A stretch of 62,839 bases of DNA, counting the filler, from Octopus bimaculoides (taxonomy: Eukaryota), in NCBI RefSeq assembly GCF_001194135.2. It is 4 parts of 4 records of this genome, joined end to end, with 100 filler letters (N's around TTAATTAATTAA, not from the genome) between each part and the next. Parts side by side here need not be neighbours in the genome. Positions count along the whole stretch, not along the records: positions 51,948 to 62,839 come from NC_069004.1; 3 more parts are not named here. One strand, written 5' to 3'. This document shows positions 52,800-62,839 of the stretch, piece after piece. Position 1 is the first letter of the stretch, and every line of letters starts with the position of its first letter. A program made the position numbers and the translations under genes. The notes under the pieces were generated by a model, which saw nothing but the letters and a program-made list of their open reading frames with translations, did not search any database and had not been told where the DNA came from.

Positions 52800-54044
52800 N
52801 NNNNNNNNNNNNNNNNNNNNNNNNNNNNNNNNNNNNNNNNNNNNNNNNNNNNNNNNNNNNNNNNNNNNNNNNNNNNNNNNNNNNNNNNNNNNNNNNNNNN
52901 NNNNNNNNNNNNNNNNNNNNNNNNNNNNNNNNNNNNNNNNNNNNNNNNNNNNNNNNNNNNNNNNNNNNNNNNNNNNNNNNNNNNNNNNNNNNNNNNNNNN
53001 NNNNNNNNNNNNNNNNNNNNNNNNNNNNNNNNNNNNNNNNNNNNNNNNNNNNNNNNNNNNNNNNNNNNNNNNNNNNNNNNNNNNNNNNNNNNNNNNNNNN
53101 NNNNNNNNNNNNNNNNNNNNNNNNNNNNNNNNNNNNNNNNNNNNNNNNNNNNNNNNNNNNNNNNNNNNNNNNNNNNNNNNNNNNNNNNNNNNNNNNNNNN
53201 NNNNNNNNNNNNNNNNNNNNNNNNNNNNNNNNNNNNNNNNNNNNNNNNNNNNNNNNNNNNNNNNNNNNNNNNNNNNNNNNNNNNNNNNNNNNNNNNNNNN
53301 NNNNNNNNNNNNNNNNNNNNNNNNNNNNNNNNNNNNNNNNNNNNNNNNNNNNNNNNNNNNNNNNNNNNNNNNNNNNNNNNNNNNNNNNNNNNNNNNNNNN
53401 NNNNNNNNNNNNNNNNNNNNNNNNNNNNNNNNNNNNNNNNNNNNNNNNNNNNNNNNNNNNNNNNNNNNNNNNNNNNNNNNNNNNNNNNNNNNNNNNNNNN
53501 NNNNNNNNNNNNNNNNNNNNNNNNNNNNNNNNNNNNNNNNNNNNNNNNNNNNNNNNNNNNNNNNNNNNNNNNNNNNNNNNNNNNNNNNNNNNNNNNNCTT
53601 CTTCTTCTTCTTCTTCTTCTTTTTCTTCTTCTTCTGCATTGTAGCACTCTGTAGTAGACTCATAATAATACATTGAATTCTAGAAATGTCTGATTGTAAA
53701 TGATGTAGTCTTTTTGAATAAGAACTTGCTGTTAAACTAGAATGACATAACATCAATATTCGCCGAAAAATTGATTAAAACTAGACTTTTCTCTCTTTCA
53801 CTTTCTCTTCTGTTCCTGATTCAGCTAAATATTTTATTCCAGATATGTAAAAAGATTATAAAGCGGCATTTTTTTTTTGTTCCGTTATCTTCTTTTAGAT
53901 TTATGGGGAGAAAAATTTCTACATTCAATGCATATAGGTACTATTGTTAATGCAATGGAGTCGGTGCTAGTGACTTCAAAATGGCATTTTAGTATTTTCC
54001 CGTTGGGTATTTTTAGTCTATTTTATTATTTTTTTTTCTGTGGG

Positions 54045-54445
54045 TACACAGGTACGAACGTGTCTGTACGATTAAGAAGCTAGCTTTACAACCACGTGGT
54101 TTCGGATCAGTCCTACTGCGCGCTACATTGGGCAAGTAGTTTCTACTATAGAACCAGGTCTACCCATTGCGTAGGGAGTGAATTTGGTAGACAGAAGTTG
54201 AATGGAAGGCAGCGAGCTGGCAGAAGCGTTAGCACGCCGGGCAAAATGCTTAGCGGTATTTCATCTGCCGCTACTTTCTGAGTTCAAATTCCGCCGAGGT
54301 CGACTTTGCCTTTCATCCTTTCGGTATCGATAAATTCAGTACCAGTTGACTACAGGGGTCGATGTAATCGACTATCCTCCTCCCCACAATTTCAGGCCTA
54401 CATTAGAAAGGATTATTATTATCATTATTATTATTATTATTATTA

Positions 54446-54501
<56 letters not shown>

Positions 54502-54750
54502 GTTGTTGTTGTTGTTGTTGTTTGCTATTATATCGGTGAGCTAAGCAGAATCGTTAGCACGCCGGACAAAATGCTTTGCGGTATTTTGTCCGTCTTCATG
54601 TTCTGAGTTCAAATTCCGCCGAGGTCGACTTTGTCTTCCACCCTTTCGGGGGGGTCGATTAAATAAGTACCAGTTACACACTGGGGTCGACTTAATATGC
54701 CCCCTCCCCCCGCAAATTCGAGGCCTTGTGCTTCCAGTAGAAAGGATTAT
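54045..54750 (+). mobile_element. SINE cluster: family A head (54045-54200), family B (54206-54415), (TAT)n, family B (54535-54750)
   Basis: Direct similarity to the other family A and B copies. Confidence 0.85.
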
Positions 54751-55603
54751 TATTTTTTTTTTTGTTATTCAGCATTGTTGCCCCTCTGGCTAAATCAGAA
54801 AGCATTATGCTGTGTCGTTGGGTATCTTCCTTGGACGCGTTCACATAATTACTGTGTTTGATGCATGTGCATCGTCTATTGTCTTGGTTACTGATGTTGA
54901 AAACTTTGCTAGCAAATTTAAGCCATTGGTATTTTTATCTGTTTAAGTACTTGCAGAGATAACATGAAGAGAGAAGCCTGTGTTTGATGTGATTATGGCA
55001 GCAGGACTTGTCTTGTTAAGGTAAGGATTATTGTATAAGTCTTAGTGAGGTACATTGCGTGAGTTGTTTATTGGCGTTGCAACCATTCCTGACAACTAGA
55101 ACACTGCTCAGCTGTTATAATTTGATTTTGCAAGTTTCACAAAAGTACGGCAAGATTCAGCATGTTTTATTTGATTGAATAGCAGCCATTTATTCCCTGG
55201 GTATTTCAGTTACATGAAACAAATTACATTATTTATAGTGTTTCCGATTACTGATCTCCTGTGTTTGTAACAATGCTGCAAATTTATAAAGGACAGTGGC
55301 ATATTACTGGCGGGTTGGCAGAATCGTTAGCAGGTCGGATGAAATTCTTCGCGGCGTTATGAGTTCACATTCCGCCGAAGCCGATTTTTTTTTTTTTACC
55401 TTTCCAGTGTTTGTAAAATGAGCCCTAGTTGAGTACTGGGATCGTCGAAATCGACTAACTCCCTTCTCCCTTCTCCAAAATGCTCAGACATTGCACCTAT
55501 AGTATAAAGGATTATTTATAGTCTTAAGAGTTTCTGATCGCCTGCATTTATTACAACACCGCAAATTCGCAAAAAGACTGTGGAATATTTAGAATATTCT
55601 TTT

Positions 55604-55993
55604 ATACTCTAGGCAAAAGGCCCGAAATTTAGGGGTAGGGGGCCAGTCGATTAGATCGAAACCAGTACGCAACTGGTACTTAATTTATCGACTCCGAAAG
55701 GATGAAGGCAACGTCGACCTCGGCAGAATTTGAACTCAGAATGTAACGGCAGACGAAATACCTATTTCTTTATTGCCCACAAGGGGCTAAACATAGAGGG
55801 GACAAACAAGGACAGACAAAGCGATTAAGTCGATTACATCGACCCGAGTGCGAAACTGGTACTTAATTTATCGACCCCGAAAGGATGAAAGGCAAAGTCG
55901 ACCTCGGTGGAATTTGAACTCAGAACGTAACGGCAGACGAAATACCGCTAAACATTTCGTCTGGTGTGCTAACGATTCTGCCAGCTCACCGCC
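55604..55993 (-). mobile_element. SINE family B head-to-tail dimer (beta copy followed by a 5'-clipped alpha copy)
   Basis: Minus strand ...GGGCAATAAAGAAATA|GGTATTTCGTCTGCCG... restarts about 45 nt into the head. Confidence 0.85.
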
Positions 55994-57886
55994 CAGCAAT
56001 ATTTAGAATATTACTGACAAGTTGGCCAGCTGGCGGAATCGTTTGGACAAAATGCTTGGCGGTAATTTTTCTGTCTCCTTACGTTTGAATTCAAATTCCG
56101 CCGAAGTTCTTCTTCTATGTCTATGATTATTTTCTTTCTCACTGTGTGTTGTGTTCTTTTACTCATTCCCTGCCACCAAGCCCAGTATGTGCACTGGTTC
56201 TCTCTTTCTCTGTCTCTCTTTTATCTTCGCTATACAATGCAAAATGTGAATGGAGAATTCAATTAACTGACCATCTTACATTTATACCGGTTATTATATA
56301 TATAAATGTGTGCATGTGTATTATGAGAGTCATTTTACAAATATGAAACTAAGAAACACACGCACTGGCTCTGTAACTTGTATCGTTTTGAATCAGGTCG
56401 TTAATCAATTCTCGAATTAACTAATCGACTGCCTCTGATTAATCGATCAATCGATCACGAAAACTGTTGGTTTTGTTTCCCAGCATCCATTTAGTACCAT
56501 TCAATACCATTCGTGAATTCAGCAACGCCATACCATTAATCTACCCACTTGTCATTAACAAACAAAACTGACGGATTGATTAATTGATCGAACGGTTCAT
56601 CAAGCATTCGGTTAGTTAATTGGTTAACTCATTAACTAGTTAACTAATGATAATAACAAACAGGAAGTGAAATATTACCTGCGTGTGTATGTGAATGTGT
56701 GTGTGTATGTGCGTGCGTGTGTTTGTGAGTGTGTGTGTGTGTGTGTGTGTNNNNNNNNNNNNNNNNNNNNNNNNNNNNNNNNNNNNNNNNNNNNNNNNNN
56801 NNNNNNNNNNNNNNNNNNNNNNNNNNNNNNNNNNNNNNNNNNNNNNNNNNNNNNNNNNNNNNNNNNNNNNNNNNNNNNNNNNNNNNNNNNNNNNNNNNNN
56901 NNNNNNNNNNNNNNNNNNNNNNNNNNNNNNNNNNNNNNNNNNNNNNNNNNNNNNNNNNNNNNNNNNNNNNNNNNNNNNNNNNNNNNNNNNNNNNNNNNNN
57001 NNNNNNNNNNNNNNNNNNNNNNNNNNNNNNNNNNNNNNNNNNNNNNNNNNNNNNNNNNNNNNNNNNNNNNNNNNNNNNNNNNNNNNNNNNNNNNNNNNNN
57101 NNNNNNNNNNNNNNNNNNNNNNNNNNNNNNNNNNNNNNNNNNNNNNNNNNNNNNNNNNNNNNNNNNNNNNNNNNNNNNNNNNNNNNNNNNNNNNNNNNNN
57201 NNNNNNNNNNNNNNNNNNNNNNNNNNNNNNNNNNNNNNNNNNNNNNNNNNNNNNNNNNNNNNNNNNNNNNNNNNNNNNNNNNNNNNNNNNNNNNNNNNNN
57301 NNNNNNNNNNNNNNNNNNNNNNNNNNNNNNNNNNNNNNNNNNNNNNNNNNNNNNNNNNNNNNNNNNNNNNNNNNNNNNNNNNNNNNNNNNNNNTAATAAG
57401 AGTGAAAAAACTACAGAAGGCTTGTGTTACATGGTTAAAGTATATATTTAAATTATGTCAGAAAAATGTTATAAAATTTTTTTGGTATATAAACATTGTA
57501 TTTGGAGAAATAACCGGTTTCGTGTTGTCTTTTCAAATTTCTCTACTTCATTTTGTAACATGTGTTCGCTCCAATATATATATAAGTGCATATATATGTA
57601 CGCCTCAATGTGTACGTTTTCAGCTATGCATATATTCAAATTTAGTTGGACACACAAACACCTTCCTATGTTGCATGTCTTGCGACACGTCAGGTAGAAC
57701 CAGACAATGTAATAAACAATGAAACGGCATATACCTATACATTTATGGTTATACACATATTTACGTATGTAGACAGGCACACAAGACTTACAAGTAAAAA
57801 CACCTAAATTCACAGATGTATATATACATATATGTGTGTGTGTGCGTGTGTGTGTGTATACATACATACATACATANNNNNNNNNN

Positions 57887-58346
57887 AAGGTAAAAATGCT
57901 AAAATGATTTTATCATGAAGTACATTTTAGTTCCGGTTTCCGTCTTTTCAGACTTTTTCAAGTAAGAGTAAAATAAGAAAAACAATTAAATTGGAGAAAA
58001 AAAATTTAAGTGAAATGTTTTGTAGATATTTTCATAGTCTTTGAATAGGTAAATATTTCCATGGTTTTCAGACAGTCTGTCTGTGTGTGCGTGTCTCTTT
58101 CTTTCTCTCTCTTTCTCTCTCTCTCTCTCTTCACAAAGGAATAGAAAGAGAGAGACAGACTGTCTGAAAACTATGGAAATATTTACATATTCAAAGACTA
58201 TGAAAATATCTACAAAACATTTCACTTAATTTTTTCTCCAATTTAATTGTTTTTCTTATTTTACTCTTACTTGAAATAGTCTAAAAAGACGGAAACCGGT
58301 ACTAAAATGTACTTCATGATAAAATTATTTTAGCATTTTCTACCTT
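57887..58346. mobile_element. Foldback element/MITE: ~195-bp inverted arms around a CT/GA-rich spacer
   Basis: 57887-58082 is the reverse complement of 58153-58346 with only scattered mismatches. The left end abuts an N-gap. Confidence 0.9.
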
Positions 58347-58359
58347 GTCTTATTTTCCT

Positions 58360-58407
<48 letters not shown>

Positions 58408-58499
58408 TTATCATTAAAGGTGCGAAACTGAGTATTAGCAATTGGTTGGTAACTGATAAAGAATTACGCGGCTTCTGTGTTTGTCTCCAGTCCGGTTTT

Positions 58500-58768
58500 A
58501 CACTCAATATACGTTGTGCAGTATATTTACTTTATTTCACGTTGCTCCAGTTCACTCAGCTGTAGAAATGAGTTGCGATGTCACTGGTGCCAAGCTGTAT
58601 CGACCTTTGCCTTTCCCTTGGGGAACATCGGTAAGGTAGAAAGGGAGCCTGGTATACGTGGGCGACTGCTGGTGTTCTGTAAACAACCTCGTGCGGACTT
58701 GTACCCCGTAGGGTAACTTTCTCGGTGCAATTCCATGGTTATTCATGACCGAAGGAGGTTTTTACTCT
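58500..58768 (+). mobile_element. SINE family F body with a distinct tail
   Basis: The F module is followed by AAACAACCTCGTGCGGACTTG...GGTGCAATTCCATGGTTATTCATGACCGAAG, whose reverse complement occurs at 26370-26525. Confidence 0.75.
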
Positions 58769-59552
58769 TTTTTTTTTTATATATATATAGTCCATAGAAA
58801 GCGTCATAGCCAAAATTGCGACATCTTGTGTTGNNNNNNNNNNNNNNNNNNNNNNNNNNNNNNNNNNNNNNNNNNNNNNNNNNNNNNNNNNNNNNNNNNN
58901 NNNNNNNNNNNNNNNNNNNNNNNNNNNNNNNNNNNNNNNNNNNNNNNNNNNNNNNNNNNNNNNNNNNNNNNNNNNNNNNNNNNNNNNNNNNNNNNNNNNN
59001 NNNNNNNNNNNNNNNNNNNNNNNNNNNNNNNNNNNNNNNNNNNNNNNNNNNNNNNNNNNNNNNNNNNNNNNNNNNNNNNNNNNNNNNNNNNNNNNNNNNN
59101 NNNNNNNNNNNNNNNNNNNNNNNNNNNNNNNNNNNNNNNNNNNNNNNNNNNNNNNNNNNNNNNNNNNNNNNNNNNNNNNNNNNNNNNNNNNNNNNNNNNN
59201 NNNNNNNNNNNNNNNNNNNNNNNNNNNNNNNNNNNNNNNNNNNNNNNNNNNNNNNNNNNNNNNNNNNNNNNNNNNNNNNNNNNNNNNNNNNNNNNNNNNN
59301 NNNNNNNNNNNNNNNNNNNNNNNNNNNNNNNNNNNNNNNNNNNNNNNNNNNNNNNNNNNNNNNNNNNNNNNNNNNNNNNNNNNNNNNNNNNNNNNNNNNN
59401 NNNNNNNNNNNNNNNNNNNNNNNNNNNNNNNNNNNNNNNNNNNNNNNNNNNNNNNNNNNNNNNNNNNNNNNNNNNNNNNNNNNNNNNNNNNNNNNNNNNN
59501 NNNNNNNNNNNNNNNNNNNNNNNNNNNNNNNNNNNNAACGCACATATACACA

Positions 59553-59622
<70 letters not shown>

Positions 59623-60018
59623 CGACGGGCTTCTTTCAGTTTCTCTCTACCAAATCAACTCACGAGGCTTCGGTCGGCCCAAAGCTATAGTAGAAGACAC
59701 CCACCTCCTTTTTCTTCAGTCTTTTGGTTGTTCTTCGTCCAATTATTTCCTATATCCCACAGCGAAGGTCTCTACAGTTTTTTTACCAGCATTATTTCTT
59801 TCTTGGCAGGAACCTCGCTTTTGCTGCGAGGCGTTTGATTGGTTGTCCTCGGTTGATGATGGTTTGTGATTTTTAAAATTATTTGTCAGTGATTTGATGA
59901 TTGATGTAGAATTAGGAAGTATCGTCTAGACGAATGTAGGATGTTGTAGTTGGAATATGGAGGACAACAAATAGTATATTTATATTTTTATTTCCTTCAC
60001 CCGAAGTTTGAGTGTGTT

Positions 60019-60113
60019 TGGTAGCCTGGTAGCTTTTTGGTAGCCTGGTAGCTTTTTGGTAGCCTAGTAGCTTTTTGGTAGCCTGGTAGCTTCTTGGTAG
60101 CCTGGTAGCTTTT
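60019..60113. repeat. 19-bp minisatellite x5 (TGGTAGCCTGGTAGCTTTT)
   Basis: Five adjacent copies with at most 1 mismatch each, located at the break point of the R4 fragment. Confidence 0.95.
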
Positions 60114-60680
60114 TGATAAACAAGCTATGATCTTGGGCCGCTAATATGAAACATTCAGTAGCATTACAACTTCGAAGTATATACTTCATCTCAGTTAATT
60201 TCTGCCCGTTCTCTTTTGCAGTCTGTTTGATCCGTTTTGCTTATTTCTTGGCAGTGGTTTCAGGTTCTTCATCTAATTCAGCGTTAATGCCGAGCTCCCT
60301 TCCAAATTTGCAAGCTTCCTTGACAATAGAATGTGATTTTTTGCTGCTTTCGTGCGTCTGCACGCAAGCCGCAGCATCCAGTCCTCCATACTAGATAAGT
60401 ACTTCTTCATTGCTAATGTGGTTGTCCTTTAGCACAGTTCTACCTGCATCCTTCCTCTTCCCCCATTACTTCTAGATAGCTACAGACAATCAGCGTCTGC
60501 TTTTGAGTGGTGCATGTTCTTAGATGTTAGTAGTTTCCTTGTCTTCCCGTCCAGACGTTGGAGCTCTGTAAGATTCTATTTAATGATGTTAAAACTATAT
60601 TGGACGACTGGAAGTGCCAGGGTACCAATGGTTTCCATGCGATTTTTGGAGTTGAGTTCAGTTTTTAGCATAGTTTATTC
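60114..60680 (-). pseudogene. Decayed RT-thumb/linker region of an R4/Dong-clade retrotransposon
   Basis: LKTELNSKNRMETIGTLALPVVQYSFNIIK*NLTELQRLDGKTRKLLTSKNMHHSKADADCL*LSRSNG..., then VQTHESSKKSHSIVKEACKFG...ATECFILAAQDHSL. These resemble the HPKAD and ETE-x-FI-x-AAQD motifs I recall for R4-clade ORFs. Stops and frameshifts are present. Confidence 0.8.
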
Positions 60681-62129
60681 TCCTTTTATTATTATTGTTG
60701 TTGTTGTTGTTGTGATTGCGCAAGACTCATGCACTTTACCTTCTCCATGTCTATATAATTAAAACTAATTGTAGGTTTTTGAGATAACAATTTGTAAATT
60801 TTAAGAACAAAATCGATACTTTTTAATCACTGATTAAATGCGAAGCAAAAAAAAAAACTATTATCTTTCATAGTGTTTATAAATATGGGTATTAGTTCTA
60901 TGTGAATATCCTTGCATTAATTTGAGAGAAACTCCCATTTTCATGATCTGCTTCAAGTCATTTGTTATACATACATATATATATATGTATATATATANNN
61001 NNNNNNNNNNNNNNNNNNNNNNNNNNNNNNNNNNNNNNNNNNNNNNNNNNNNNNNNNNNNNNNNNNNNNNNNNNNNNNNNNNNNNNNNNNNNNNNNNNNN
61101 NNNNNNNNNNNNNNNNNNNNNNNNNNNNNNNNNNNNNNNNNNNNNNNNNNNNNNNNNNNNNNNNNNNNNNNNNNNNNNNNNNNNNNNNNNNNNNNNNNNN
61201 NNNNNNNNNNNNNNNNNNNNNNNNNNNNNNNNNNNNNNNNNNNNNNNNNNNNNNNNNNNNNNNNNNNNNNNNNNNNNNNNNNNNNNNNNNNNNNNNNNNN
61301 NNNNNNNNNNNNNNNNNNNNNNNNNNNNNNNNNNNNNNNNNNNNNNNNNNNNNNNNNNNNNNNNNNNNNNNNNNNNNNNNNNNNNNNNNNNNNNNNNNNN
61401 NNNNNNNNNNNNNNNNNNNNNNNNNNNNNNNNNNNNNNNNNNNNNNNNNNNNNNNNNNNNNNNNNNNNNNNNNNNNNNNNNNNNNNNNNNNNNNNNNNNN
61501 NNNNNNNNNNNNNNNNNNNNNNNNNNNNNNNNNNNNNNNNNNNNNNNNNNNNNNNNNNNNNNNNNNNNNNNNNNNNNNNNNNNNNNNNNNNNNNNNNNNN
61601 NNNNNNNNNNNNNNNNNNNNNNNNNNNNNNNNNNNNNNNNNNNNNNNNNNNNNNNNNNNNNNNNNNNNNNNNNNNNNNNNNNNNNNNNNNNNNNNNNNNN
61701 NNNNNNNNNNNNNNNNNNNNNNNNNNNNNNNNNNNNNNNNNNNNNNNNNNNNNNNNNNNNNNNNNNNNNNNNNNNNNNNNNNNNNNNNNNNNNNNNNNNN
61801 NNNNNNNNNNNNNNNNNNNNNNNNNNNNNNNNNNNNNNNNNNNNNNNNNNNNNNTGTGTGTGTGTGACTGCGTTTGTCCCTACCACTGCTTGACAACCGG
61901 TGTTGATGTGTTTACGTTCCCGTAAACTAGCGGGGTTCGGCTACGTACGAATCTTTGATAACAAATAACAAAGTGCTCGGGTCGATTCGCTTGGCTAATA
62001 TTCTTCCAGGGGCTGCTCCGGCGTGGCCGTAGTCTCATGGCTGAAACAAGAAAAGGATAGAAGACTCTTGACGAAGGTACCGCGCAGTGGCACTGAACCC
62101 GAAACCATGTGGTTGGCAAGCAAGATTCT

Positions 62130-62839
62130 TACCACACAGCCCCCTTACACACACACACAGACACACACACAGCCTGCAGCTGATGTTACTGCGGTTACTG
62201 CAGCTCTTGCTGCGGAAATACTTTTACTGTTACTGCTGCTGATGTAGCCGCCTTTGCTGCTGTTCTTATTACTACAACTGATTCGGCCCTTGTGTTTCTG
62301 CTGTTGTTCTTCTTTTGATTGTTGCAGCTCTCGTTGTCGCTGCTGTTGTTACTGTTGTACTGCTGTCATTGCTGCTGCACTCAATAACGCTCTTAGCTGC
62401 TACCGCTGCTGCTGCTGCTGCTGTTGATGCTGTCGTCACGATGTCGGCTACCTTAGTAACATCCGTTGCAGTTACTGCCAATACTAGCACGATCTGCCAA
62501 CACTGCAATTACTGCTGGATTCGTTGTTGTTATTGTTGCTGCTGTTGACGGTCGTACGGGAGGTGGTGTTGGTGGTGGGTGTTTCGGTAGTGTTAGCTGT
62601 AATGGTAGTTGTGGCTGTGGTTGTGGTGGTAGTGGTAGTGGTTATGGTGGTGGGCGTAGTGGTTGTGTTTGTAGTGGTGGTGGAAGCGGTGGTGGTGGTG
62701 TTGGTAGTGGTAGCAGTTGAGGTTGTAGTAGTGGTGGTGTTCGTGGTGGTGGTGGTGATGGAGGTGGTGTTGGTTCTGGTGTTGGTGCTGGTGCTGGTAA
62801 GTAGTAGTGGTAGTGGTGGTGGTTATGGTGGTGGGCGTA
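62130..62839. repeat. Degenerate (GCT/GTT/GGT)n trinucleotide low-complexity region
   Basis: GGTTATGGTGGTGGGCGTA is repeated at 62640 and 62821. It produces Gly-rich and Thr-rich pseudo-ORFs broken by a stop and a frameshift. Confidence 0.85.

Noticed and set aside
62466-62839. Gly/Cys-rich ORF (+) and Thr-rich mucin-like ORF (-)
   Set aside because: Degenerate trinucleotide repeat: the + frame has an internal TGA and the - frame shifts near 62800. RNA-seq support would reopen it.

Overview
This is AT-rich, gap-riddled animal genomic DNA. The repeat landscape (tRNA-headed SINEs, abundant AT/AC/AG/TAA/TAGA microsatellites) suggests an octopod cephalopod; that assignment is my inference and is unverified. 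No host protein-coding gene can be supported, and nearly all ORFs in the track are microsatellite or N-gap artefacts. Supported content: (1) dozens of copies of at least four modular tRNA-derived SINE families; (2) 5'-truncated and decayed R4/Dong-clade RLE non-LTR retrotransposons sitting in (TAA)n tracts; (3) a Tc1/mariner transposase relic; (4) several foldback/MITE-like inverted repeats, one enclosing telomeric hexamers. The most striking signal is five minimal type I hammerhead-ribozyme motifs, all on the + strand, in four unrelated contexts: an intact one inside a 482-bp element with 31-bp inverted termini (3783), an intact one downstream of a Pol III B-box and (AAT)n tract (11638), two decayed ones spaced 333 bp apart in a tandem duplication (6058, 6391; retrozyme-like), and one solitary decayed copy (49312). 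All folds and alignments were done by eye and need computational and biochemical confirmation.
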